From positions 1,984,001 through 2,048,000 of the forward strand of contig NC_092674.1 in NCBI RefSeq assembly GCF_964355755.1: DNA of 64,000 bases, in the 5' to 3' direction. Numbering within the stretch: position 1 is the first letter of the stretch; every line of letters begins with the position of its first letter. The translations under genes and the position numbers were made by a program. A model generated the notes under the pieces. That model did no database searches and was not told the DNA's origin. It saw only the letters and a program-made list of their open reading frames with translations. Positions 1 to 13,300 of the stretch are shown in pieces. The DNA is from Antedon mediterranea. Taxonomy: Eukaryota; Animalia; Echinodermata.

Positions 1-1254
1 ACAATTTTTTATTTTATACTTTATTTTAATTTAATTAAACTATATGCTATTTTTAACTAGATTGATCACCTATTCAGCAGAGGTAATTTAAGAAACCAGA
101 ATCCTAGTGTACACCCTCCATAAAACTCAGTGCTCATGCTTTACTAGGCTAGTGTATAAACACATTGGTAACCTGTATAGTAGCCTATACCAGGATGCTA
201 CACACCAAATACCACCATCTACTGTATGTCGTCTGCACTCATTCTCAGTGTATAAACTTACCGAACAATCTGTCCACTTCTTTTGTACTCATGTACAAAT
301 TGATGAGTCCTGTGGCTTCCAGGAAACAGCTAAAAACCAAAAATAGTCTGAAAAACATGGTGCTGGTGATAGTTTTACAAAATTCCATTAGATTACATCG
401 TTGTTGATGTCGCTAGCCTGGTCTATATACCAAGTTTACCGCTGCTGAGTGTGTGGTCGATAAAATGTTGAACAGACAACACTAGAGATTTTGTACACAA
501 AGCAAGATGTACCTTGACCTGGGATAATGAATATGCATCAGCTATTTCCACTGAACCGTGAAGAGAGTTTTTTAACTTTTTTTTACAGGTACAGATCGGT
601 AAATAACGTCATGTGATTTATTTAGATAATTTGTTAATAAAGATAGTTTGTTAATATTATAAATTAATAAGGAATTTGTTATATACTTATTCTTAAGTAG
701 GCTACTTCAAACATGGCTTTGGTAGTAAGTACGGTACTTATCGTACGAATAGAGGTAATATTAAAACATCTTGGAGTCTTGTATATTGTTATTCCTGTTG
801 TTCTTTTGATATTCCTCATAACATTAACTTCATCATATAGGTTAAATATTGTTCGATATTTACCATTATCTTGTTTTTACTATTTATTTTTCTTGTATAA
901 TTTGCTTCTTATTTAAGACTTAAATGTTATTTTTGATACTTTTATTTTTGTTTTTATATTGCCTTGTAAATGAACGCACCGTGTGCCGCTGATACAAAAT
1001 CATTTGTTCAATAAAGTTCAGTTTATCCTCATTCGTTATTAATATCTATAAAAGATGGGCTTCTTTTCGAGATTACTTTGCAAAAAGGAGAGTGCTTCTT
1101 TTTGAGGTTTTATACGGTAATGTAGAACAAATAACTATATTGTATAATGTATTTAATTTATGTATATTGTGCGATACACTTTTTTTCTGTAATTCTGTTG
1201 AAAAGCTGTGTAATTTGTTACATATACCAACATACCCAAATCATATCTTTACGT

Positions 1255-1464
1255 TTAGTTTACGTACGTTTTAACCCTAAGTTTAAGAATATGGACTATA
1301 GAGGGCGATATAATATTTTCGGATATTAGTGAGTACTCTATTCGCGGCAAACCTTTCCTTTAGTTTACGTACGTTTTAACCCTAAGTTTAAGAATATGGA
1401 CTATAGAGGGAGATATAATATTTTCGGATATTAGTAAGTACTCTATTCGCGGCAAACCTTTCCT
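1255..1464. repeat. Tandem duplication of ~105 bp
   Basis: Two near-identical copies of tttagtttacgtacgttttaaccctaag...gcggcaaacctttcctt. Confidence 0.9.
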
Positions 1465-2801
1465 TAAATAAAAAGATGTTACATGTTTATATTAGATAAA
1501 TTATAGTTTGCTGTTTATTACTATAAATATGGTGCTTTTTATTCAACTTACAACACATTTAATTGTCATACTATTTTAAAAGATACACACTCTTGTCGAA
1601 TCTTATTGACAGGAATTCAATGTTTACTCACCAGCAGTGACAGATCCCACCGACAAAACTATATTTGTGTATTTAGGTCAACGGGCGTTCATAACTGTCT
1701 ATAAGAGTGGATCTGCCATTGCCTACCTGCCATCAGTTGTGGACCTGCTGCATTAAGGAGGGACTGATGACGACGTTAGCTAAAGGAATTGTAGCAAACA
1801 ATACAGGAATTTCCTAGGCATATTCAGCGTAAGTAAATGCTTGGTGGTAATCTATTACTTTGATTATTTATTATTTAATTCAACATTATAATTCACAACA
1901 ATTACAACCTTGGCATTACAATAATTGCATTGGCCTGTATAATTTCAGAAATGTACGTACCTCACCGATCTACTCCCCCGGGGGGGGGGTCACTCCTGTC
2001 CTAAGATGCCCTTTCAAATTCCTCCGACCACCACCACTAACCCACCCACTCGAACGTATTCCCATTGGGCATTCACACACAGTAGGCTATACCAGTACAT
2101 TTTATTTTCTTGTGATATTCCTTCTTTGTTTTCCATTAACGAGCATATTTTATTCATTGCAGCAGATACATTAAGTTCACAATATTAAACAAGTGTTTTG
2201 TTGTTATTTTATATGCCTACTCTATCGGTACTATGGCATTCAATGGCAACACTCTAATGTTCATCAATTATAGCTTACTATAGCTTACTACAAATGGTGT
2301 ACACAGAGTATCTTGTGTTTGGGGTCGATGTACAAATCTAGAGTTTGATTTGCTACGCAATAATATTACCATAAGTAGGTAGTAATATTTGTTCATCATA
2401 CTGATAAAACTGTTACGGTATTTTAGCGCTGAGTTACGGTATTATTATATTGTACTGTTTCTCTGTATAAATTAAGTTTTAACAAGATTTTAACAAGATA
2501 CAACTGGCACTTGAGCTCACAGTGGTTGTCATGGTTCCCAATCCAGGACGCAACGCAATGACGTAGACGCAACAAAAGCGAGTTGATCAATGACAAGCAA
2601 CCGTTCTGATGACCCATCGCTTGTGATTGGTCAAATCAATTATGTTGCGCTTACATTGAGTCTCTAGTATGAGAACCAAGCATTAGTTTACTCATGTTCG
2701 TTATAGTTTATACTAAATCGTGTTTGGTAAATATCCAGAAAATCCAATCCAGAAACATAAAATCTTTTTATTTAAATTCACTATTATAGAATTGATCTGA
2801 A

Positions 2802-5307
2802 ATGGAAGTAACAACAACATCTCAGGATGTCGACGATTGGAGCAAAAGAAAACTGATGAAAAATGTACTAGTAGCTAGCCTTGCGTTCTTGTTTCTCTTC
2901 ACTGCCTTCCAGGCGCTGTCAAACCTTCAAAGTAGTATTAACTGCGATGATGGTCTTGGCGTAGCGTCTTTAAGTACCATCTACGTTTCAATCATTATCT
3001 CATCTATGTTCTTGCCATCTATCATTATTCGAAACCTGGGTCTGAAGTGGACACTCGTTTGTAGCATGGCGTGTTATACATTGTATTCAGTTGCCAATTT
3101 CTGGCCTGGTTGGGGTACACTGATTCCAGCCTCGGCGCTCGTTGGTTTCAGTGCTGCCCCTCTCTGGTCGGCAAAGTGTACGTATTTAACAACGTCTGGG
3201 ATGAAGTATGGTATACTAAGTGGAGAAGCAAGTGACGCAGTAATAAACAGATTCTTTGGGATTTTCTTCTTGATGTTTCAATCGGCTCAAATCTGGGGCA
3301 ATCTAATTTCGTCACTGGTGCTCCAACAAGCCCCTGATAGTAATTACACCAATACTGGATCTCAGATATGTGGTTCTAAAGATTGTCCAGGTAAGTAATG
3401 TAACATACTGAACAAAATACCATGTATGAGGAAAATAATGCAACATAAATATGTGTCGTCTTTGGTTTCGACACTGTAGGCCAAAAAAGTTTTGCCAACA
3501 TACCGGAAAACCATAGAATCATTCTAATAAGTATAACAATGATACGATGGCAAATTATGATGCTGTGAGTATGATATAATTTACTGTAGGCCTATTTTAA
3601 TGGCGATACACATACGGTAAAGTAAAACAGCCAGAAAGAAAGTGCCAATCTTTCAGAAACCACTATTTCTTCGGCAGAGCTAATGAGAGTACTCGGCGGA
3701 GAGATTTGCATTAGGCAGGCAAATATTGAATAGCTTTATAATAATATTTGTTGCAGCCAGTGGAAATACGAGTGAAAGCGATTGCGGTGATGACATAAGT
3801 TCTTCGTTGGTCAATACTTTGATGGGGATCTATACAGGTTGTGGGGTAGTGGCGATACTTCTCATCATAGCTTTTCTTGACCCAATGCCACCTTCTCGCG
3901 AGACATTAGAAGGTGAAAAATTCGACTTATTCATGGCAACATTACGTTTGTTAAAGGATAAACGTCTGCTGATGCTCATACCAATTACAATGTATAGTGG
4001 TCTGGAGCAAGCTTTTATAGCTGGAGATTTTACAAAGGTATGTCATGTATTCAAACAGAGATGTTTTACTTTTTAATGCGTTGTTTTAGATGAACTTTTT
4101 TTGTTATAGAAGAACATGTTCAATCAAGCAATCAACATACAATCATAACACTAAACAGTTGCGTGCTTACTAACATATTTCCTTATAAACTTGTTTATCG
4201 ATTAATTTTCCACCAGCTCAGTCATCCTGAAAACCATCGTTTTCCCGTCTTAAAATTTGGAAACACATTTCTTCCATAATGACAAACATTGGCCTACTGC
4301 TGACGAATCATCGGTGATACGAGACGGATAGATACCACATTAATCTATACATATGCGAGTCAATTTTGGTCTCCCAATCCGAATTCCAGTTTAATTTTCA
4401 TTATTGAATACTGAACCATGTGTCTATATATTGTTTTGCAGTCTTTCGTAACATGCACACGTGGTGTTGGATGGGTTGGCTATGTGATGATCTGCTACGG
4501 GCTGACCGACTCAATATCTTCATTTCTAAGTGGCCGTGTCGCTAAATACACTGGAAGAATTCCAATCTTCCTTTCTGGAGCGGCCGCTCACATGGCTATC
4601 ATAGTTGTGTTCTTTACATGGACGCCTGAATACGATGATTTGCCGGTTTTGTTTGTTGTAGCAGCTATTTGGGGATTCGGTGATGCAATTTGGCAGACTC
4701 AAATAAATGGTAAACTTTTAACAATTCATAATAAATCAGGCCAGTAAATTAGGATCGCTAAAATAATAGGACGCTTCCGAAGGAGGGGTCTGATGATCCA
4801 ATGGTTACAACTTGTAAATTCACTTTTCCCTGGTTACATATATGCAATAGTTTGGAACAATATTGTCTTCTCTTTACTACATTCAGACGATTCTCCTTTA
4901 ATTCAGGGTTCTGGCCGGAACAACTCTTTCACTTTCATTAACGCCAATTCAGATACATTTCTCGGCTATCACTATTTGAACTATACAGTACAATTAGGTG
5001 TTTATAATAAAATTTGTTTTCATCTTCTCTAGCCATTTACGGCGTATACTTCAACGAGAAACAAGAATCTGCATTCTCCAACTATCGTTTGTGGGAGTCC
5101 ATTGGTTTTGCCGCGTCATTTGGATACAGCAACTTCATTTGTGTCTCAACAAAACTGGCCATTTTAGTAAGTTTCTTAGTGATTGGAATGATGGCATACT
5201 TATTTGTAGACGTCAAAGAATCAAGAAAGTCTGTTGCTTATGAAATGAAGGTGGTCCATGGGAATACTGACGGGACACGTGGTTCAATTCAAACTATTTC
5301 AAAATGA
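2802..5307 (+). CDS. UNC93A: UNC-93-like protein A (MFS membrane protein), 4 coding exons, ~470 aa
   Basis: Exons 2802-3390, 3757-4037, 4442-4709, 5033-5307 with GT-AG borders that keep frame; motifs FLFTAFQALSNLQSS, LWSAKCTYLT, QIWGNLISS, YSGLEQAF, AFSNYRLWESIGF. Probable non-coding exon ending ~1828. Confidence 0.93.
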
Positions 5308-6010
5308 ACTATTCAAATCTTGTTTAAATAACATAATTTTAACAATTATTATCGCATAAGTTTGTTGCTGCTGGTCATCGAGAAACTGCACATTTCTCAA
5401 AATTTAATTTTCTGATGGGAAAATGGTTAATTTCCTAACAATCATCAATTAACGAAAATGTTCGTTTCAAACATAGAAACATAGTACTACTGTTTATAAT
5501 TTAATTATGTATTTATAATCATCATAATTATGAATAAAGGTATGTTCTTCGTTACAAAAGAGATGACGGCCGTACGACAATAATTATACAGAAATATGTT
5601 TGTTTTAATTTGTTTTTATTGAATAAAATCTCAACTATATATTTGTAAAGGCTGTGTAATTCAACATAACATAGGCCTAGTATTATAGACAACAACAGCG
5701 TGCATATATCAAATAAGTGATCATAATAATAACATATCGACAGTTTAAAAAAAAATACTATCATTGTCGAAATTATTTTTATTAAAAGAAAAAGCATGAT
5801 CGTTTTATACCAAATATAACCATTCAAAAATAAACACGTATAACCAAATCACTGACAATTATTTTAACAGAAAAGGAAATATCAATTGTAAGCCATGTAT
5901 ACTGGTTATCTATTTTAAAAAAACAATTTACAATGTCATAATAAATATCTATCAAATAAACATCATCTTTACATAATTTTCTTTGGAAAAAAAGGATCAC
6001 ATATTCACAA

Positions 6011-8053
6011 TTAAAACGTGTGTCTACATTTATTAGCAATAGCGTTCCACCTCCCTTGGTAAGCAATAAGTTCACTGAACCTTTTGCGGGTGAGTTCCAG
6101 ATTAGAACATCGTCCGTTCGTATTTTTGTTGTCCGTACTGGTATGCATTGGAGGTTCTACGTCATCTTTCGAGCATGGCTCTGATTCATATGGATGAAGT
6201 AAAGGCATTTTGTCACTGCCATCAGGTGCCGCCGCCGTTTTGTTAAATGTCATATCATTTGTTTCTGGCAGGCAGCCTGGTATTTGACATCCATGACAAT
6301 GCACATCACCTGATGTAAGAGAAGAGCGTTTTGTTTCGTCTGGGTGTAAATCAACATCATTGACAACGGGTTTGTACTTAAAATCGCCCATATTATACGC
6401 TGGATGGTAACAATGTGCACTACTACTTCCCCTACTTTCGTCAGTGACGTTATAAGTATCAATTCGAGACTCTTTCTGTTTAAGTTCTTTCTGTTCAATC
6501 TTCAGACGTTTTGAACGGGATTTTCCTTGTTGATGTGGTTTGGTGTTAACATCACCATCAGTTTGCTTTTTTAAGTTCTTCGTTCGCCATTGTTTAATGA
6601 CATCTCGAATAATCTTAACACGTGCAGTTTTCATCAAACGTATTTGAACAGTCTTCAATTTTATTTGATGAGTAGGTTCTGCCACATCAACAACCTCTTG
6701 TCCAATGTCAATCTGTTCTTCTAAGGCTTGTGAAGCTGGCTTCGATTTTATACAACCCGTTTTCTCTTGTCTAACTATATTAGTCACATCACCTGTTGAC
6801 TCCGTTTTAATTTTTAATTTATCTGACGGTATGACTTTTTGAATATTCTGAATCTTTGTTGATCGTTGTTCTGGTTCTGTTTTGATAATTATTTTCTCCA
6901 AACCACCACTTTTCAAGTGCTCATCAGCTTCAGTTTCATTTGGTTTTTTGCTTATAATTACTTTCTCTCGTCCCTCTTCATACGACTCCTTTCCTTTGTC
7001 TGTTTGATCGACGGGATGCAAGCTCATTTTCTGCTCTTCAACAGTATACAAGATTTGACAGTTTGTTGCTTTGGCATCAGCAGATGACATGTGCCTGTCT
7101 ATGCGAGATTCGTTCTTCAACAACGGACTCATTATTACAGAATTATCACTTGAACCACTTATCTGCTTATCATTACCTCGTTTCCTCTTTTGCGTCCGAG
7201 TTGGTTTCGTTGACTTGTAGAAGTTAGCAAGACAATTATTTTGAATCGCGTACTTGTAGAGGTCCTCATTTACGCGGGGTTCGTCGTTGTGAGTGCGCAA
7301 TTTCATCCGTGCCAAAATCGCAGCGTGTCTTTTAATATTAACAGGGACAGAGGGAGTGTGACTCGTGGGAAATTGCTTACAATCCTGATGTTCATTCTCG
7401 TCGCTCTGCAATTGTTCGCGCATTTTAAGGCGTGCAGCTACTGATGCTTTTCGTCTAATGTACATATCACTCGGAGGATCCAGGTTAATATTAACTGTTG
7501 AAGATTTAACGGAAGCTACTTTTGCGCGGGTTTTGCTGGTACGCTTTTCAGTATTCGAATGTTTAGTTAAATCAATGTCAGACGTTGTAGCGATCACTGT
7601 ATGCCTGTTCTTTGTTGACTTTCCAACTTTACGAAGCTTGCCATCAAGATTCCTTTCAAATCCATTTTTACTATTTTTTTTAAATTGCACACTACGATCC
7701 GGATTTCTTTTATCAGAAAACGGCAACAAATCATGGTATTCGATTGTATCCCTAACGTTCGGGGTAAAGGAACTCCGTTTATTTTCCGGTACACCAGCCT
7801 CAGTTAAACCTAATTGTTTCATGAAATTAACTTTTTCCTCAGCTGGGCATCTACGGTCATTAGACAAAACTTCATTGCGATGTGTATTTCCTACACAATC
7901 GCCGCGCGCATCGGTATAAAAACACATTGTAGATTCCATTGGAGAAGGAATGTTCATCAATGTAACTTGTTCTTCATCAACTTCATCGTACATGTATTTG
8001 TAATTCCCTTTGTCATTTTTATATTTTTCGTATATCTGTTTTTTGTAAGCCAT
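6011..8053 (-). CDS. Uncharacterised Lys/Arg-rich, probably disordered protein (~680 aa, single coding exon)
   Basis: 2-kb stop-free ORF in very AT-rich DNA; acceptor-like tttacag directly before ATG GCT (8053); candidate upstream non-coding exon with GTAAG donor at ~8918 and CpG-rich region ~8945-9150. Confidence 0.7.
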   Translation of the reverse strand: MAYKKQIYEKYKNDKGNYKYMYDEVDEEQVTLMNIPSPMESTMCFYTDARGDCVGNTHRNEVLSNDRRCPAEEKVNFMKQLGLTEAGVPENKRSSFTPNVRDTIEYHDLLPFSDKRNPDRSVQFKKNSKNGFERNLDGKLRKVGKSTKNRHTVIATTSDIDLTKHSNTEKRTSKTRAKVASVKSSTVNINLDPPSDMYIRRKASVAARLKMREQLQSDENEHQDCKQFPTSHTPSVPVNIKRHAAILARMKLRTHNDEPRVNEDLYKYAIQNNCLANFYKSTKPTRTQKRKRGNDKQISGSSDNSVIMSPLLKNESRIDRHMSSADAKATNCQILYTVEEQKMSLHPVDQTDKGKESYEEGREKVIISKKPNETEADEHLKSGGLEKIIIKTEPEQRSTKIQNIQKVIPSDKLKIKTESTGDVTNIVRQEKTGCIKSKPASQALEEQIDIGQEVVDVAEPTHQIKLKTVQIRLMKTARVKIIRDVIKQWRTKNLKKQTDGDVNTKPHQQGKSRSKRLKIEQKELKQKESRIDTYNVTDESRGSSSAHCYHPAYNMGDFKYKPVVNDVDLHPDETKRSSLTSGDVHCHGCQIPGCLPETNDMTFNKTAAAPDGSDKMPLLHPYESEPCSKDDVEPPMHTSTDNKNTNGRCSNLELTRKRFSELIAYQGRWNAIANKCRHTF

Positions 8054-10374
8054 CTGTAAATATATAATCATGGCGTTTATGATTGTTATGGTAGATAATT
8101 ATGAAACAGTCCCAATTGTCCTCACACTACTGTGGTATTTACTTAAATTACCTCTAAATTACATTTAATGACAAAAGTAAAGGTCTATCGAAAGTTAATT
8201 ATAATAACATAATAACCTCCAATTTACTTATTTGGATCTTTGGGTGTCAGTTTTAAAATCTTGTACAGTCCTAGTAATACATGTACTGTATTAAACTCCA
8301 CTGTTCTTTTTAATTTCATATCATTTTCAAAATACACCATTTATTTACTGTTAATTTTTGGGCGGCGGCCATTTAATTTTTTTAATGCAAATTTTTGGAT
8401 GAAAAGTTACCAAGTATAATTATTTGAATAGTTTAATTGGCCATACAGTAGTTGTATTTAAAAAGTTATAGTTTAACAAGCCTAGACTAGGCCTAAGCAT
8501 ACTTAAAATCAAAAGTCGTAGGCCTAGATACAAATTTTACCTAAACTCACTTTTAAGGGCAGGCCCTTTTTTAAAGGTTAGGCTATCCTAGACTGGAACT
8601 AGGCTAGGCCTAGGCTAGTAATAGTATTCTATAATACTAAATGGCCAGGGCCCTATGCCTACTGAGAAACTTTTAAACACGACTTCTCCTTACACACTGA
8701 CATACGGTACCTCTGACACCTGTCTACCGAGAGCAACAGGCTAGGCCCCAGTCTAGCTAGTCTAGGCTAGGCTAGGCCAAGTCTCTCTTCTCTAACCTAG
8801 AGTAGACTAGGGTCGGAGACTAGCTCGGCCGTCCTAGTTAGGAAGGTAGGGATTAAAACTATTTTCTTCTAAAAAAATGTATTTTAGTTACAGAGATCGA
8901 CAAAACCCAACATCTTACCTTATTTATAGTGAACCTCAAAGTTTTCTGCGCGCAATTAATGGAAACGTAGAAACTCTTGTTTAGTTTCCGAACAAAAAGA
9001 ACGTCGTGTTCATGGATGCATGGAATGAATATGGCGGAATGATGCTTTCAGAATTTAAAAACACGCAGTAACAAAACTGTTGTCTGCTGGTGGTGGTGGA
9101 CAGTAAGGCGCGCGACAATGATCTATGCGCGCGCGACAATGGTATACGCGCTAGACCCTGTTGTTGATTGACAACACAACCACACAACAGAGATATCATG
9201 GTGTGTGGTGTGAAAGAATGATGAACTATTTTAATCACCAAAACAAAATATACTTGCACTCTCTCATACTGTACTTCCTTTATGTAATTAAATTTAAACA
9301 TAGGAGCGTTTGATTAACAATTATTATTATTACTACTGGGATTCTTACGTAATACCCCTTTTTGCTCTTTAATTGGCCTTATTATACTCGTTTTATAAAA
9401 GTCATCTAATTTTAAGTGCCACTCTTCAGATGCTGTTACTAATATATTCAAAATATAAAGTTTATTTTTATGTTAATAACTATGTATTTAATAATAAATA
9501 TCAATAACAGGTCTTACCAGAATATGGTATTAAATTTTACATTTTTTCAAACAATTCTATGATATTGAGGTGCTCGCCTTCTTTTTCTCCATTGTAATGT
9601 CAAGACAACTTTCAAAGATCATGGCGTTCAGTATTACTTTTAAAATGTATTAGTAGTTAAACTTATTTTCAAAATTAGTTCATTATTATTTTACGTACTA
9701 ATCAATTAATAATTCAGTGATATTTTTGAGTTTATTGCATTAAATACACATTTTGATTATTTACCGGGTTTTGGTTGATGGTTCTCACTCATGTGAGATT
9801 AGGATTAAAAGTATCCTACTGGCGATATATTGACAAATAATTCTGGTACTTCTGTCTATTGACTAGATTCCTTGTCTAAATATTTTCTATAATATTTTTA
9901 TTTCTGTATATCAGCCTTCTACCAATCAAATATTTAATCTAAAAGCCGAACATTAAACTAATATGCTATTTCATTTAAAATTATCAATTTTTTTATATTA
10001 CCATTGATATTAACATCGGCTATCATTTCGCAAGAAGAAATTAATCAGGACTAAAAGAAAAAAGATTCTAGAAGAAAAGTTATTCCTCAGAGAGGAAAAA
10101 TAATATACAAATTATTTAAACGCAAATTAACCAAAACATCAAGTACGAGTGAATGTTATATTACATAAAAACTATATAAAACAAGTATAGAATTACATTC
10201 AAAAGTGATCCAAGGCAAATGTAAGTTGATCTTTACACGTATGCCTATAGCTTTAAAAACATCTAGAAGCGAGCAAGGCCTAATTTCAAATGTTTGTTCC
10301 AATTCAATAAATGATTCTGAATTTTATAAGTTTGTGATTTATAATCTATTTTTAGAAATAATGATATGACATCA

Positions 10375-13300
10375 TTAGCTGGTTTTAGTCTCGAGTTCTT
10401 TGATTTGTTTTACTAGGTACATCTTTTCGTCATTGAACTGTTCGTCTTCTGTCCTCTCGATATGAAATGACGTCAGGTATTCAATCAACTTCTCCTTATT
10501 CTTAACTAAAATGTCCAGCACCGGTTGAGATTTAGTTGGATTGGCCACAAATACCTAACGAGGTAGCAATAGATAGTTAAAGATCATGGAACATGGTATT
10601 TGATGTTTATGTAAAATAGTAGTATTATAGTTGTTCTCCTTGATGGATATTAAACAGACAATAAATTAAAAGTTTTCAGGACATAATTAAAGTGTTTTCT
10701 GCTATTTCGCGCAACTGCTCTCAGTTCACGACTATTCGGGTTTTTTCGGCATTTTCCGGTAACCTCTGATAGTGACGTCATAAGATGAAGAAACTTTTTC
10801 GCCCGCCTGAGCTGTACTGTACAAACTAGGATGTCAACACGTATTGCGTATGATTTTGACAGTTCTTCGTTAGAGGAATTAGAAGAGGAAACATTGATAG
10901 TGGAATGCGAAACTGAGGAGAATGAAGGAGAAACTATTTTGTTTAACAATCGAAATATTGAATGGAATGTCGATGAAATTAATTCGGCCGTACATGTACG
11001 AGCCCGGTTGTAGTTCTGACGATTCTTCATTCATCATCAGAAGATGGCGACGGTGACCGTCACCTTAGTAGGCCTAGGCCTACCTACAATTCAAGCAGAG
11101 AATATTCAACTTCAAACCCAGTTATTAAATTGGTTAGTAGTACTATCTCTTTTATTAAAAATTAATGTATAACTTTATTGTATAATTAACAATTCCCTAG
11201 TAGATAACTACGATATTCTTCCGTCATGCCAGTGTGTGTATTGTGGCTTAGTTAGGCCTAGATAGAGGCTAGGCCCTACTACTGTACTTTACTCCAATTC
11301 ATGCGGCTAGCCCTCTCACCGGCGACGGTCGGCTATCGTCTATAAGCCTACGGCCTAGATTGAATTTTTTTAACGAAATAAAGATTAGGCTAAATTGAAT
11401 TGTAGAAAGCAAAAATGTACATTACGGTATTAGACTGACCATTTTATTTAACAAATTTGCACTTTGTTGTTTGAAATAGGCCTAGGGTAGGCCTAGATAG
11501 ATAGGCCCACCCCTAAGGCTAGCCAAGATGCAGATTTATTTTCCTATTTCACACACAATACATTAAATTAATCATTAATAATCACTAAAACTTTAAAAAT
11601 ATTTAATATAGCGCCCTATAAATTGTGACATCTCAGAATATTGTAGCGCTCTAGAGCGCTACAATATTATTTATTATTACAAAATATTTTTGTTTTTATA
11701 AAACAGGTGTGATTGTGGCCATTGCCAGATGCTACCCACGTATCGCGAATGTCGATGTTGCCAGGAAGTAGGCCCTATTATTTATTAATCATAGGCTGGA
11801 GGAAGGTCAGACAATTTACAATACGGAGAAGCCTACATATGCATCACTGAACATCCTGGATTCACTGCTGCCTGTTTGAATTTGCATGTGTTGGAAATTG
11901 CATGGCTGCATTACCACCAACAGTACGACACACCTGTTGAAGCCTCAAAACATGAACGTCTGAGACATATTGCGTACCGGCAACTCGCCAGATGGTGTTG
12001 GGGGTTTTTGGGCCGAAACCTAAGGGTAGTCTTACCATCATGTGCCGTTTCCTGCATAAGAGCCCACTTCCCACCACCAGGTATAGAAGATGATTTCCAG
12101 TTTGCTGGATTTTTGGATTGAGTAAACATTTAGCACCAACTTGTATTGAGATTACAATTAACCACATACAATTATTTACTGTACTTCATATAGGAAAGTA
12201 TTGTACACTGTATCTGATAGAAATAAAATGATCACATAGAAATAAAATATACATTTCTCTGACACAATTTATTAAAAAATTATGCACACAAGTGATTATT
12301 TTGTTTATAAAACTGTTGGCTCTGGATTGTGGCGCTGTATCCACATAAACAAATGGCTTTTAATCTTTCACTAAAAAAACGAAATAATGATTTATAATAA
12401 AAAGCATGATGGAATGTATCTCATTTCTTGGAGTATGTATTATACTTCTTATTTTAAGTTGATCAGTGGACCTTTTGGCTGCTGATTTATTTACTGCATA
12501 ATTTTTGCCTTAGTTGTTCACATTTGGAAATCTTGTGAAGTGGTTGGCAATAGCGGTCTCTTTGTCGGGGCGTTCAAATCCTGAACAGAGTTGGGGTGGC
12601 GCATCAACAACATCAACATCTTCTGCTGTCCCTTCAACAATGCTCATTACCTCCAAGATGAGGTCATCCACATACCCTGCGAAATAATAATACGGTACTG
12701 TAAGAACAAAATCATTTGTAAAAGTACAATAAGATTTACCTATAATTTATAATTTGACTTTTCTAAAGCAAATTTCAAATGGTTCAATTTTTGTTCAAAT
12801 CAATAGAGAATATAGTGCAATCTGTCATGCAACTTACAAATTATTGCAGTCAGCTTGTGCACAAGCTTTATTTTTATGAGGGCAGAACAACTCCCCACCT
12901 GAACTATTATGCTGGGGCTTTCAACACAGTACTACTAGCCTAGGCCCTTTGTGTTGCTGATTTTAAAACCGAATTAATCACCTAGGCCTACTACTCTACT
13001 ATACTAGAAAGAAGTACTACCTAGGCCTACCTTTTATTTAGTTAATCGACGACACAACAACTTCAGTTTTACTAATTTTTTTATTGTGTTTAAAAACACG
13101 ATAATAATGCATTCGTATAACTGACTGTAACTAACCATTCCAAAGTTTGGGTCCGTAATTGAAAATGTAAACCTAGGCCTAGGACCATGTATTGTTGGTC
13201 TGGTCAATTTCCCCACGACGTTCTTCGCCGCCTTCGCGTTGGTCCGCCTCGCCTTCAGAATCGGTGAGATCGGGCTCTCATATAGGCCTACGGTTGAATT

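Noticed and set aside
107-1100. Short ORFs at window start
   Set aside because: No recognisable motifs or consistent exon structure.
11707-12121. Genuine P2X7 receptor gene
   Set aside because: No ectodomain or TM exons; lies within transposon TIRs and is frameshifted.
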